In this document: positions 9,810-19,483 of the stretch, in pieces
Position numbering within the stretch: position 1 is the stretch's first letter
Layout of the letters: every line of letters begins with the position of its first letter
Source of the DNA: an uncultured Syntrophaceae bacterium
GTDB taxonomy: Bacteria > Desulfobacterota > Syntrophia > Syntrophales > UBA6807
Direction: 5' to 3'
Assembly: GCA_964523565.1 (NCBI GenBank)
Contig: CAZGAK010000003.1
Span: forward strand, 11,700 to 75,699
DNA length: 64,000 nt
Made by a program: the position numbers and the translations under genes
Notes under the pieces: generated by a model
The model's database searches: none
What the model saw: only the letters and a program-made list of their open reading frames with translations
What the model was told of the DNA's origin: nothing

Positions 9810-11603
9810 ATGGTGCCAAAAAATTTCAATCAGGTTCTCCTGAATAATTTTTCCGGGTATGCAGATTTACCGGCAATGATGTTCAAGGAAGAGGGTAGTT
9901 GCCAAACCATAACATACCAAACTCTCGAAGGCACCTGTTTGCGCGTTGCCGCAGGTCTCATGGAGATGGGTCTCCATCGCGGTGACCGTATAGCCGTCTT
10001 TTCAAGGAATGGTCCGAGATGGGCTCATGCGGATCTCGGCTCCATCCTGGCAGGTGCCGTAACATCCGCCATCTATGCTTCAGCTGTTCCTGACGAAGTC
10101 GAATTCATAATTCAGGACCTGGAAGCAAAGTTTATCTTTGCCGAAGGCCCTTCTCAGGTGGAGAAACTCCTTAAGATGCGGCAGAATATTCTCAGTGTCA
10201 AAAAAGTCATTGTTTTTGATGAAACCTTAGAGCACGATGACCCCTGGATTGTTCCATTTTCCTCACTTCTTACAACAGGGGAACCCTCATCAGAATCTAT
10301 CACAAAGATTCGGAAGATCGCCGAAGCGACAGAGGGCAAAGATAACATGTGTATTATTTATACGAGCGGTACAACGGGAAAGCCGAAGGGAGTTGTGCTG
10401 ACTCACAACAACTACGTCAATACCATCGAGATCATTCTTGAACATGTTTTCGACACGGATAAATTAAAAAGAAATCTTAGTTTTCTTCCCCTTGCCCATG
10501 CCTTTGAACGCTTTGCCGGTCATTATCTGATCCTGTATATGGGAATGTGCATTGCCTATGCCGAGAGCCTTGAAACGATCATGGAAAACTTCAAAGAGAT
10601 GAAACCGAATTTATTCGTTGCCGTACCCCGGTTCTTTGAATATGTCCATGGGCGGATTATTGAGGGTGTTCAATCCGCATCTCCTGTGAGAAGGAAGATG
10701 TTTCATTGGGCCCTGAGCGTCGGACAGGAAGTGAGCCGGCACAAAACAGAGGGCCGGCCTCTTAATCCGGGTCTTCAGATAAGGTATAAACTCGCTGATT
10801 TCCTTGTCTTCAGAAAAGTAAGGGATGCCTTTGGCGGAGAGGTAGAATTTTTTGTTTCCGGCGGCGCGCCACTCAGTAAAGAACTGGCTGAGTTTTTCCA
10901 TGCCATGGGTATTCTCCTTCTTGATGGATGGGGAGCGACTGAGGCAACAACGCCTTCTACGTTAAACACACCGAACGAGTATCGCTTCGGTACTGTTGGA
11001 AAACCACTGCCGCGGGTGCAGGTAAGGGTAGGGCCGGAAGGCGAGCTGGAGGTAAAAGGGCCCAATGTATTCAAGGAATACTGGAAAAATCCCGAAGAGA
11101 CAAAGGATACCTTTACTCCTGACGGGTTTTACAGGACGGGTGATATCGGTGTCATAGATGAGGATGGCTGGGTTTCAATTGTAGATCGAAAGAAACAGCT
11201 TATTATTACCTCAGGGGGGAAAAACATCGCGCCGGCGCCTATTGAAATCCTCCTTTCAAGTGGCCGGTATATTGAAATGGCCTATGTGCACGGGGACAGT
11301 CGTCATTACCTTACGGCACTCTTTGTATTGAACCGGCATGCCGTTCAGGGAACAGCCCAAAAACACGGCGTTGAAAACCTTTCCTGGGCGGATCTCATCA
11401 ACCACCCCCTTATAATTGAGGAGGTTCAAAAAGAAGTGGATCATGCCAATGAACAGCTTGGGCGACATATGCAGGTAAAAAAATTTCGTATTCTTCCCGA
11501 ACCCTTCTCTATCGAAGGGGGAGAAATGACCCATACGATGAAACTGAAGAGAAAGATTATAGAAGAGAAAAACAGGGATCTTCTGGACAGTATGTATGAG
11601 TAA
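9810..11603 (+). CDS. long-chain acyl-CoA ligase (AMP-forming)
   Basis: AMP-binding motif IIYTSGTTGKPKGV plus YRTGDIG. Confidence 0.9.
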   Translation: MVPKNFNQVLLNNFSGYADLPAMMFKEEGSCQTITYQTLEGTCLRVAAGLMEMGLHRGDRIAVFSRNGPRWAHADLGSILAGAVTSAIYASAVPDEVEFIIQDLEAKFIFAEGPSQVEKLLKMRQNILSVKKVIVFDETLEHDDPWIVPFSSLLTTGEPSSESITKIRKIAEATEGKDNMCIIYTSGTTGKPKGVVLTHNNYVNTIEIILEHVFDTDKLKRNLSFLPLAHAFERFAGHYLILYMGMCIAYAESLETIMENFKEMKPNLFVAVPRFFEYVHGRIIEGVQSASPVRRKMFHWALSVGQEVSRHKTEGRPLNPGLQIRYKLADFLVFRKVRDAFGGEVEFFVSGGAPLSKELAEFFHAMGILLLDGWGATEATTPSTLNTPNEYRFGTVGKPLPRVQVRVGPEGELEVKGPNVFKEYWKNPEETKDTFTPDGFYRTGDIGVIDEDGWVSIVDRKKQLIITSGGKNIAPAPIEILLSSGRYIEMAYVHGDSRHYLTALFVLNRHAVQGTAQKHGVENLSWADLINHPLIIEEVQKEVDHANEQLGRHMQVKKFRILPEPFSIEGGEMTHTMKLKRKIIEEKNRDLLDSMYE

Positions 11604-11631
11604 GTCGGATATCGGATAACCGAGGAGGCCT

Positions 11632-13200
11632 ATGAAATCACTTTATTTCACCACTGAGCATGAAGCATTCAGGAATACGGCACGTCTTTTTATGGAAAAG
11701 GAAGTCGTTCCTTTCGCAGATGACTGGGAAAGGGAGCGTTGCATTCCGAGATCTATCTGGAAAAGGATGGGTGAGCTTGGATTTTTGGGAATTGATTACC
11801 CCGAAGAATATGGTGGAACGGATGCGGACTTTTTTTATTCCGTCGTATTTATGGAAGAACTGACACGCAGCACGATGGCCGGATTTGCCGCTGCGGTGAG
11901 CGTTCATCAGTATATGGCCGCCGAATATATACACAAGTTTGCGACAAGCGATTTGAAACATCGATACCTCGTTCCTGCTATAGCGGGTGAAAAAATCGGA
12001 GCACTTGCCGTTACGGAACCTGATGCCGGATCCGACGTTGCATCCATTCGGACGAGGGCTGTGCGGGAAGGTGAATACTATACTATCAACGGGGCAAAAA
12101 CCTTCATAACCAACGGTTATTATGGAGATTTTATCATTATTGCGGCAAAAACCGAACCGGATGCAGGATTCGGAGGAATCAGTCTCATCCTTGTGGACAG
12201 GGATACACAGGGCCTGGAGGCCAGAAAGCTTGAGAAAATCGGATGGCACTGTTCTGATACCGCCGAACTTCACTTTGATGATATGAAGGTGCCCGTTGCG
12301 AATCTTATTGGTAAGGAAAATGAAGGATTTTATTATATTATGGAGTGTTTTCAGCTCGAACGTCTGGTAAGCGCCATTATAGCGATAGCCGGTGCCAGAC
12401 TTGGCCTGGAATATACCCTGGGGTACATTGCCGAGAGGAAAGCCTTCGGAAGACCGATTGCGAGGTTTCAGTCCATCAGACATGCCGTGGTAGACATGAA
12501 GACCGAAATTGAAGCGGCGCAACAACTGACCTATCATACAGCGTGGCGTTATGGGCAGGGAGAATATGTTGTCATGGAATGTTCGATGGCCAAACTGCTG
12601 ACCACGGAGCTTGCTAAAAAGGTAGCAGATAACTGCCTGCAATTCTTTGGCGGCTACGGATATATGGATGAGTATCCCATATCCCGGATGTTCCGTGATG
12701 CCAGGGCCGGTACGATAGTCGGAGGTACCTCTGAAATCATGCGGGAAATCATCGCCAGGCTAATGATTGATCAGGTTAGTTATGATTCCCATCGGGATGA
12801 AAGGGAAAAGAAGGCAGTACCCGCAAAAGAAACTGTAAAAGACGAGAGCAAGGAAGATCCTGGTACTTTACCTGAAACGGCCGCAGATATTATACAGACC
12901 TTGCCGGTGCGGTTTCGTGCCGAAAAGGCGGGAAGCTGGGAAACGATATTCCATTTCGATATTTCAGGTGCCGAGGGTGGGCAATATACGGTTTATATAC
13001 AAAATGGTGCCTGTACTGTAGAGCCTGGTCTGAAAGGTGATGCAAAATGTGTCGTAAAAACGTCGGACAAGACTTACCGGGACATTGAACTGGGCAAAGC
13101 CAATCCCGAAGCAGCCTTTATGATGCGCAAGATCAAGGTCAGCAACATTACCGAAATGATTCAATTTACAAAGATGTTTCGAAGACTTCCGAAGGAGTAA
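11632..13200 (+). CDS. acyl-CoA dehydrogenase with C-terminal SCP2 sterol-carrier domain
   Basis: ACAD N, middle and C domains (ALAVTEPDAGSD; QFFGGYGYMDEYP). An acidic linker is followed by an SCP2-like tail (FHFDISGAEGGQYTVYIQNG...PEAAFMMRKIKVSN). Confidence 0.88.
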   Translation: MKSLYFTTEHEAFRNTARLFMEKEVVPFADDWERERCIPRSIWKRMGELGFLGIDYPEEYGGTDADFFYSVVFMEELTRSTMAGFAAAVSVHQYMAAEYIHKFATSDLKHRYLVPAIAGEKIGALAVTEPDAGSDVASIRTRAVREGEYYTINGAKTFITNGYYGDFIIIAAKTEPDAGFGGISLILVDRDTQGLEARKLEKIGWHCSDTAELHFDDMKVPVANLIGKENEGFYYIMECFQLERLVSAIIAIAGARLGLEYTLGYIAERKAFGRPIARFQSIRHAVVDMKTEIEAAQQLTYHTAWRYGQGEYVVMECSMAKLLTTELAKKVADNCLQFFGGYGYMDEYPISRMFRDARAGTIVGGTSEIMREIIARLMIDQVSYDSHRDEREKKAVPAKETVKDESKEDPGTLPETAADIIQTLPVRFRAEKAGSWETIFHFDISGAEGGQYTVYIQNGACTVEPGLKGDAKCVVKTSDKTYRDIELGKANPEAAFMMRKIKVSNITEMIQFTKMFRRLPKE

Positions 13201-13260
13201 ACAAAAACATCACTTTCCGTTAAAGAAAATCTAATATCATACGATAGATTAGTAAATCTC

Positions 13261-13305
13261 CCCGTTTCCCCCTTACCCCTCCCTCTCCCGCCATGGGAGA
13301 GGGTA
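13261..13305. repeat. GEG-type palindromic repeat (CCCTCTCCC-N-GGGAGAGGG core)
   Basis: ccttacccctccctctcccgccatgggagaggg. Related cores occur at 20783, 39782, 42709 and 49057. Confidence 0.7.
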
Positions 13306-13319
13306 TACTGAGGAAGCTA

Positions 13320-13973
13320 ATGACGAATATCCTGATTATAAGTGTTGCGGCGGTTCTGCTGGCGGTACTCCTTTTTTATGAAAAAAAGGGGGATCGAAAG
13401 GGCATACTACCTTCCAAGGCGGTTCTCTCTTCGCTGTTTGTCATAGCTGCCATGGTTCAACCCCATCCAATACCTGCGTATTACCACTTTATTCTGCCGG
13501 GATTGCTACTTTGCCTGTGTGGAGATATTTTCCTGGCCTTACCCAGGGATAAGATGTTCCTTTTCGGCCTGGTTGCTTTTTTGACAGGACACATCTTTTA
13601 CATTTTCGGTTTCTTTTCCCTGATAAAGACAGGTCAGTTGGCATGGATCGGGTTTTTAATTATCTTTGCTATCAGCGCGGGAGTTTATTTCCGCCTCATG
13701 CCCTACCTGGGTTCCATGAAAGTGCCGGTTATATTGTACATCATAATTATCAGCATCATGCTTGCGGCTGCATGGTCCGTTATGGGCAACTCCGGTCTAA
13801 CCAGATCGGGACGGATTATGATTTTCGCAGGCGCCTTCAGCTTTTACTTTTCCGATATGTTTGTAGCCAGGGATCGTTTTTTTAAAAAGGAATTTTTCAA
13901 CCGACTTATCGGTTTGCCTCTGTATTACACTGGACAATTTTTGCTGGCCCTGTCGGTAGGGTTCTTGAATTAA
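13320..13973 (+). CDS. YhhN-family (lysoplasmalogenase-like) membrane protein
   Basis: Polytopic membrane protein with the YFSDMFVARDRF motif typical of YhhN/TMEM86. ATG at 13320 is chosen because 13293 lies in the GEG repeat. Confidence 0.7.
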   Translation: MTNILIISVAAVLLAVLLFYEKKGDRKGILPSKAVLSSLFVIAAMVQPHPIPAYYHFILPGLLLCLCGDIFLALPRDKMFLFGLVAFLTGHIFYIFGFFSLIKTGQLAWIGFLIIFAISAGVYFRLMPYLGSMKVPVILYIIIISIMLAAAWSVMGNSGLTRSGRIMIFAGAFSFYFSDMFVARDRFFKKEFFNRLIGLPLYYTGQFLLALSVGFLN

Positions 13974-14118
13974 TTGAAGATTCAGTAAGTGCTGGACAGT
14001 ATTTCAGGATAATGATAATATCCGAACACTTATTATTTGAGATCAAGGTGTTGGTTACAGGTGAATCCCTTTTCGTTCAAATATATAGATTTATCGTGAT
14101 AGCAAGAAAGGATTTGCA

Positions 14119-15303
14119 ATGAAAGACGAAGAAAAAACAATAGAACAAATCATCGCTGATTTGGAAAGCATGGAAAAAGAGGCCGCCGCAAGGAAATTAA
14201 AAGAACAGGGCGATGACGTTGAGAAAGATATCACTTTCGAAGAAGGTGAATTTAAAGAACCCGCTGAAGAACCGATCGAGGAGCTGACACTTGAGGAGCC
14301 TCGGGAAGTTCCCTTCGACGAAGCTCAGGAAGTTTCACTGGAAGAACCGCTGGAAGAAAGGCTTGCGGAAGCGCCACCCGAGGATTTGCCACGAGAAGAA
14401 CCATTCTCCGAGCTCCCTCCGGTTCAAACGATATCGTCAATGCAACAGGATCTGCCACCTGGGGGGGCTCCACCGGAAGAACCGGGTGATGAGCCGCCCG
14501 ATGAACCGCCCGCGCCACCTCCGGAGAAAAGGTCGCTACCTGTTTCGCGAACAACAGTGATTCTTTTGTTATTTCTGATATCTCTTGGTTTATATGCTTA
14601 TTTCGTTTATCCGACGATGTACGAGAACCGCACAATGAGATCCGAGGATAAGACATACCCTGTGAAAATTAACAGGCTGACAAAGAGCATGCAATACTAT
14701 GAAATGGGTAAATGGTATAACGGGCCAATCCCCAAAACCTCTACTTACAGGGCTCGTTTAACAATTCCTTCAAAAGCTCGTGTAGCCCCCGCTGAGGAAA
14801 AGCCTCTAAAAGCTGCTGAAGAAGCACCCGTAAAGGCTATTGAAAAAGCGCCTGCAGAAGAGCCTGCAAAAGCTGCTGAAGAAACACCTGTGAAAACTCC
14901 TGAGACTGCTCCGCTTCCATCGGTTGAGCCTTCCCCTGAGAAAAAGATAGAGAAGGCCATTGAAAAGGCAGAAAAGAAAGCGGAAGAACCAGAGGAAGTT
15001 GCTATTGTCAAAGTGGAGCTTCCATCCAGGGAAGAAATTGTAAAACCGGCCAGGGAATATGTTTACGCGATTCAGATCAGTTCCATGCGCTTTAAGGAAT
15101 TTGCAGAGGAATCCCTGGAAAACCTCGAAAGGAAAGGGCTGGATGCACATATGCGTGTCATTGAAACTAAAAAGCATGGATTATGGTATACGATCTACAT
15201 TGGGCATTTTGCCGACAGAGAAGAGGCTGTCACATATATGAAAGAAAAGAAAATAACTGATTCTTATTCTGGCAGTTGTGTCCGTAAGATGTCTAACCGT
15301 TAA
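14119..15303 (+). CDS. SPOR domain-containing protein with acidic/proline-rich and AEExPxKA-repeat regions
   Basis: One TM helix; low-complexity PAEE/KAAEE repeats; C-terminal SPOR-like fold (YAIQISSMRFKEFAE...LWYTIYIGHFADREEA). Confidence 0.75.
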   Translation: MKDEEKTIEQIIADLESMEKEAAARKLKEQGDDVEKDITFEEGEFKEPAEEPIEELTLEEPREVPFDEAQEVSLEEPLEERLAEAPPEDLPREEPFSELPPVQTISSMQQDLPPGGAPPEEPGDEPPDEPPAPPPEKRSLPVSRTTVILLLFLISLGLYAYFVYPTMYENRTMRSEDKTYPVKINRLTKSMQYYEMGKWYNGPIPKTSTYRARLTIPSKARVAPAEEKPLKAAEEAPVKAIEKAPAEEPAKAAEETPVKTPETAPLPSVEPSPEKKIEKAIEKAEKKAEEPEEVAIVKVELPSREEIVKPAREYVYAIQISSMRFKEFAEESLENLERKGLDAHMRVIETKKHGLWYTIYIGHFADREEAVTYMKEKKITDSYSGSCVRKMSNR

Positions 15304-15383
15304 CCCGATCGAACCAATTTTAGAATGCTTTAGTAATAAGTACCAGGAAAAGCAGTTATACAAACATCTCAATCTATACGGGC

Positions 15384-15525
15384 GAGACCTTTGCAGAATG
15401 TTCAATTTTGTTCAAGTTCAAGGAAGGCGAAAATTTTAACCGCAGGAATATATTGGATATTTCGAGGATTAAAATTTGAGCCTGACGAAGAAATTGGGCA
15501 AAAGGGGGCGTTATGCAAAGGTCTC
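15384..15525 (+). mobile_element. MITE-like element, family A, full copy (142 bp, TIR GAGACCTTTGCA...TGCAAAGGTCTC)
   Basis: Perfect 12-bp terminal inverted repeats. A full copy sits at 51499-51640 in opposite orientation, with half copies at 34869-34939 and 43706-43766. Confidence 0.8.
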
Positions 15526-15560
15526 GGGCTTTACCAAAAGCCCTGCCAGGAGGGACGGGC

Positions 15561-16487
15561 ATGAAAAAAAGAATGGTATCCGTTTCTGCCCTGTTGGTAT
15601 GTTTAATTTTCCTGCATATGGTGGTCTGCGCAAATGGCATAGCCGGCGATGCGAATAATTATCTGAGAGTTATTTCTGACAGAACGGTAAAGGGCTTCAT
15701 ACATCCGGAATCGGTGGCGTTTGACCCCCTTGAGCGTGTTCTTTACGTCAGCCAGTTCGGCTCCGTCCTTAAACCAACGCTGAAGGACGGTAAAGGTAAA
15801 ATCAGCAAGGTATCTTTAGCGGGGGAAATCCTGGAAGAAAAATATTTGCCCTCTGCAGGAGAGGTTCTAAACAAACCCAAGGGCGTCTGGATAGAGGGCA
15901 ACAGACTCTGGGTTACTGATATTGATGCGGTCTGGGTCTTTGATCTGCGGACCCGTCAAGGCCGAAAGGTAATGTTGCCCGATGCAAGATTTGCCAATGA
16001 TCCGACGGTCGTTGATAATATGCTCCTTGTCAGTGATAGCCAGGGAGGCAAAATTTATGGCGTGGAACCTGCTGACTTCCTGAACGAGAAAGGTGAACCG
16101 GACATTGTTGTTTTTGTCGAAGGCCAATCATTTTCCCCCAACGGGCTCTACCCGTCTCATGACGGTTCACTGCTGACAGCAGGTCACAGTATGAAAGGTC
16201 AAAACCGCAGCATCTGCTCCGTAAATGACGAAGGAAAACTTAAGACTCTGTCAATAGAACCGGGACGGCTCGATGGCATTGCACAGCTCAAGGACGGTAG
16301 CCTTTTAATAACGGACTGGAATTCCGGAGCTCTTCTCAGATGGGACACCAGGACAGGAATAAAGACCCTTGCGACGGGGTTTGCGGGGCCTGCCGATTTC
16401 TGCATTGTTCCTGAGAATGAAGAACTTCTGGTGGTTGTTCCTGATCTGGTCAAGAGTGAATTACGTATGATACGTCTTTCCCGGTGA
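15561..16487 (+). CDS. secreted beta-propeller-like protein (SMP-30/NHL-like; function unknown)
   Basis: MKKRMVSVSALLVCLIFLHMVVCANG signal peptide; beta-rich repeats. The ORF-track start 15513 lies inside MITE-A. Confidence 0.6.
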   Translation: MKKRMVSVSALLVCLIFLHMVVCANGIAGDANNYLRVISDRTVKGFIHPESVAFDPLERVLYVSQFGSVLKPTLKDGKGKISKVSLAGEILEEKYLPSAGEVLNKPKGVWIEGNRLWVTDIDAVWVFDLRTRQGRKVMLPDARFANDPTVVDNMLLVSDSQGGKIYGVEPADFLNEKGEPDIVVFVEGQSFSPNGLYPSHDGSLLTAGHSMKGQNRSICSVNDEGKLKTLSIEPGRLDGIAQLKDGSLLITDWNSGALLRWDTRTGIKTLATGFAGPADFCIVPENEELLVVVPDLVKSELRMIRLSR

Positions 16488-16565
16488 CGCGGAACTTCTG
16501 ATTTTTCCCCTCAATGGATCATAAATCATCGTGCAGGGGCATTTTTCTACCGGAAAGGAGATGCT

Positions 16566-17405
16566 GTGAGCATAATGGGATCGAACATATGGTCCTTTCT
16601 CTGGTCCTTTGTTCGTATTGCCATCGTCATCTATCTCGTACTGGTAATTCTCATGGTGGTCTTCCAGTCCCGATTCATCTATTTCCCCGAACGCAGGATT
16701 TATGAAACACCTCGAATAATAGGGCTCCCATTTGAAGACGTATCGTTTGAAGCTTCCGATGGAGTCAAGCTTTCCGGCTGGTTTATCCCTGCCGAGAAGC
16801 CGGCAGGTGTCATTCTCTTTTGCCACGGGAATGCAGGAAACATCTCCCATCGCCTGGATTCCATTCAAATATTCCATAGCCTCGGGCTAAGCACTTTTAT
16901 TTTTGACTACCGTGGTTTCGGCCAGAGCGACGGGAAAGTTACAGAAAAAGGTACATATCTCGATGCCGAGGCCGCGTGGAACTACCTCGTGGGGAAAAAG
17001 CAGGCAGCACCGTCTGAGATCATTATTTTCGGCAGGTCTCTTGGGGGTGCCGTAGCTTCATGGCTCGCAAAGGAACATACACCGAAAGGACTGATAATAG
17101 AATCTACATTTAGCTCGGTTCAGGATATCGCCGCCGATCTGTATCCGTATCTTCCCGTCAAACTGCTGGCGCGCTTTCATTACAATGCCGTGGATTATAT
17201 TCGCCGGGTAAAATGCCCGTTAATGGTCATTCACAGCCGCAATGACGACATCATACCGTTCAAACATGGACGTCGCCTCTTCGAAGCGGCACATGAACCA
17301 AAGGAATTCCTCGAAATTACAGGCTCTCACAACGAAGGATTTTTGACATCTGGAGGATTCTATGTAGATGGTCTTAATTCCTTCATTTCAAAACTGAGAA
17401 AATGA
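16566..17405 (+). CDS. alpha/beta hydrolase (BEM46/ABHD13-like)
   Basis: N-terminal TM helix; HGNAGN and nucleophile elbow GRSLGG; catalytic Asp/His region. Confidence 0.8.
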   Translation: MSIMGSNIWSFLWSFVRIAIVIYLVLVILMVVFQSRFIYFPERRIYETPRIIGLPFEDVSFEASDGVKLSGWFIPAEKPAGVILFCHGNAGNISHRLDSIQIFHSLGLSTFIFDYRGFGQSDGKVTEKGTYLDAEAAWNYLVGKKQAAPSEIIIFGRSLGGAVASWLAKEHTPKGLIIESTFSSVQDIAADLYPYLPVKLLARFHYNAVDYIRRVKCPLMVIHSRNDDIIPFKHGRRLFEAAHEPKEFLEITGSHNEGFLTSGGFYVDGLNSFISKLRK

Positions 17406-17424
17406 AAAGGAGATTAATATAAAC

Positions 17425-18129
17425 ATGCAAACCATTAATCCGGATGAGTATCAGTATATCGTTATTTTCACAGGAGCGGGAATGTCTGCCGAAAGTGGGG
17501 TTCCCACATACCGGGGCAGGGGAGGCGTATGGAGCGAATACAGGTGGGAAGAATGTGCCTGTCAGGAAGCTTTCGATCGTGACCCTCAAAAGGTGCTGGA
17601 ATTTCATGAACTGCGTCGCCAGGCCGTTCTTGAATGCCAGCCCCACGACGGTCATTTCGCTATAGCCCAGTTGGAAAAAAGGCATCCAAAAGTCGTCATC
17701 GTAACGCAGAATATCGACGGCATGCACCAGCGGGCAGGCAGTGAAAACGTCGTGGAACTGCACGGCAACCTCTGGCGTCTCAGATGTCCCATGCACGGCA
17801 TTACTGAGGATATTGGCGAAAAATATAAAAGCTACAAGTGCGAACATTGCGGCAACTGGCTTCGGCCCGATATAGTATGGTTTCGCGACATGCTGGACGA
17901 ATATAACATGAGTCAGGCCATCTTCGCCCTCCGGAAATGCGATCTGTTCATCAGTATAGGTACCTCCGGTGTCGTCTATCCGGCGGCAGGTTTTCCGAAG
18001 ATCGCAAAAGAATTCGGTGCGAAATGTATCGAGATAAACCCGGAACAGACAGAGATGTCCTTCATGTATGACATAAGCATTCAATCAACAGCGGGCAAAG
18101 CACTGCCCCGCCTCTTTCACCTTACGTAA
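17425..18129 (+). CDS. cobB: NAD-dependent protein deacylase (Sir2 family)
   Basis: FTGAGMSAESGVPTYRG and QNIDGMHQRAG motifs plus a Cx2C...Cx2C zinc module. Confidence 0.9.
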   Translation: MQTINPDEYQYIVIFTGAGMSAESGVPTYRGRGGVWSEYRWEECACQEAFDRDPQKVLEFHELRRQAVLECQPHDGHFAIAQLEKRHPKVVIVTQNIDGMHQRAGSENVVELHGNLWRLRCPMHGITEDIGEKYKSYKCEHCGNWLRPDIVWFRDMLDEYNMSQAIFALRKCDLFISIGTSGVVYPAAGFPKIAKEFGAKCIEINPEQTEMSFMYDISIQSTAGKALPRLFHLT

Positions 18130-18151
18130 AAGCTAAACAAAAAATATCATC

Positions 18152-19015
18152 ATGACTGAATTATCTGAAACCACAGGAAGTTTTGACACCCCAAAAATCT
18201 TCTACCGCAAATATCAGGCCGCCCCTGAACGGGCCCGAATTGTAATCACCCATGGCCTTGGTGAACATTCCGGCCGTTATGGCAATGTTGTCAGAAGTCT
18301 TCTCCCGAAGGGCATAACCATCTGGGCGCTGGATCATCGCGGTCACGGACAAAGCGAGGGGCCCAGAGGGCATATATTGAGCTTTGGCGAGTACATTGAC
18401 GAGCTTTATACACTGGTTCAAATGTCCAGGGAAGGCCTTCCTGAAGGCATGAAATGTTTCCTCCTGGGGCATAGCATGGGCGGGCTCATTGCCCTCAATT
18501 TCGCACTTCGCTATCCTGACATGATCGGCGGCGTGATTGTTTCTTCACCATCTCTGGGGTTAAAGGCGAAGGTGCCTGTTATCAAGGGCGCCCTGGGGAT
18601 GATTATGTCCTCCATCTGGCCCGGCTTGACTCTTGGCAATGAACTGGACGCATCAAAAATCAGCCATGACGAAGAAGTAGTCCGTGCCTATCTGAATGAT
18701 CCGCTTGTCCACGACCGGATAAGTGCCCGCTGGTTCACCGAGTTCTTATCGACCATGTCGGCAGTGAATAGTCTGGCCTCGGAAATGGAAGTCCCCATAC
18801 TTATGCAGGTGGCCGGCGATGACTATCTGGTCGACGCGAATACCTCAAAAGCTTTTTTCGAAAAATTGATCCTGAAAGATAAGGCCCTCTATATCTACGA
18901 TGGTCTATATCATGAAATCTACAATGAAAGGGAAGAGCAAAGATCCAGGGTACTGACCGACCTTGAAAACTGGCTGGAGAACCACATCAATTCAAAACTC
19001 AGCATTCAAAATTAA
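18152..19015 (+). CDS. alpha/beta hydrolase (monoacylglycerol lipase / lysophospholipase-like)
   Basis: HGLGEHSGRY and the GHSMGG nucleophile elbow. Confidence 0.8.
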   Translation: MTELSETTGSFDTPKIFYRKYQAAPERARIVITHGLGEHSGRYGNVVRSLLPKGITIWALDHRGHGQSEGPRGHILSFGEYIDELYTLVQMSREGLPEGMKCFLLGHSMGGLIALNFALRYPDMIGGVIVSSPSLGLKAKVPVIKGALGMIMSSIWPGLTLGNELDASKISHDEEVVRAYLNDPLVHDRISARWFTEFLSTMSAVNSLASEMEVPILMQVAGDDYLVDANTSKAFFEKLILKDKALYIYDGLYHEIYNEREEQRSRVLTDLENWLENHINSKLSIQN

Positions 19016-19028
19016 AAATTTTATTTTT

Positions 19029-19110
19029 CACCTTGTTCCTTTCTCCTTTGTCATTCCCGACCCGATCGGGAATCCATCTCTAAATCTGTAGGGCAAGGCT
19101 TTAGCCTTGC
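19029..19110. repeat. repeat cluster: reverse CAAGG array, REP-like palindrome (TCATTCCCGA-CC-CGATCGGGAATCC) and a second hairpin
   Basis: caccttgttcctttctcctttg, then tcattcccgacccgatcgggaatcc, then gcaaggc-ttta-gccttgc. The REP recurs at 35483-35510. Confidence 0.7.
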
Positions 19111-19361
19111 GCAGACTGCTATCATGTTACTTCCAAATTGAGGTGAAATAAAAACGGCAACCTGCACATTCAGGTCGAATATACACAAATTTTCATAATC
19201 TTTGAATCCTTGATCAAACAGCCAGTTTCCCTTGACATTATAAGGTTTTCTGCTAAGTATGTTAAAGCTTTAACAAAAGAATAAAGGATGCCATGTATTA
19301 AACAACAAATGATCTTTTCTTCATAAATACGTGAAGGTTCTAAAGATGGCAGATAATCACA

Positions 19362-19396
19362 AAAACCCCGTATCTCTTAAACAGAGGCGGGGTTTT
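19362..19396. terminator. hairpin flanked by A and T runs (bidirectional terminator-like)
   Basis: aaaaccccg...cggggttttatttt, located at the left edge of the R-M island. Confidence 0.35.
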
Positions 19397-19483
19397 ATTT
19401 TCTTCTCATAATGAAGTCGATTATGGCGGAAGTATTCTTCATCTTGTTCAATAATATAAGAAATTAAAAGAGAAGAGGGAAAA

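Noticed and set aside
11638-12642. 334-aa minus-strand ORF inside the acyl-CoA dehydrogenase gene
   Set aside because: It is antisense to a CDS with clear ACAD motifs. The product is Arg/Phe/Cys-rich with no recognisable motif, as expected for a shadow ORF.
17383-18084. 233-aa minus-strand ORF opposite cobB
   Set aside because: The plus strand carries unmistakable Sir2 motifs, and the antisense product has no family features.
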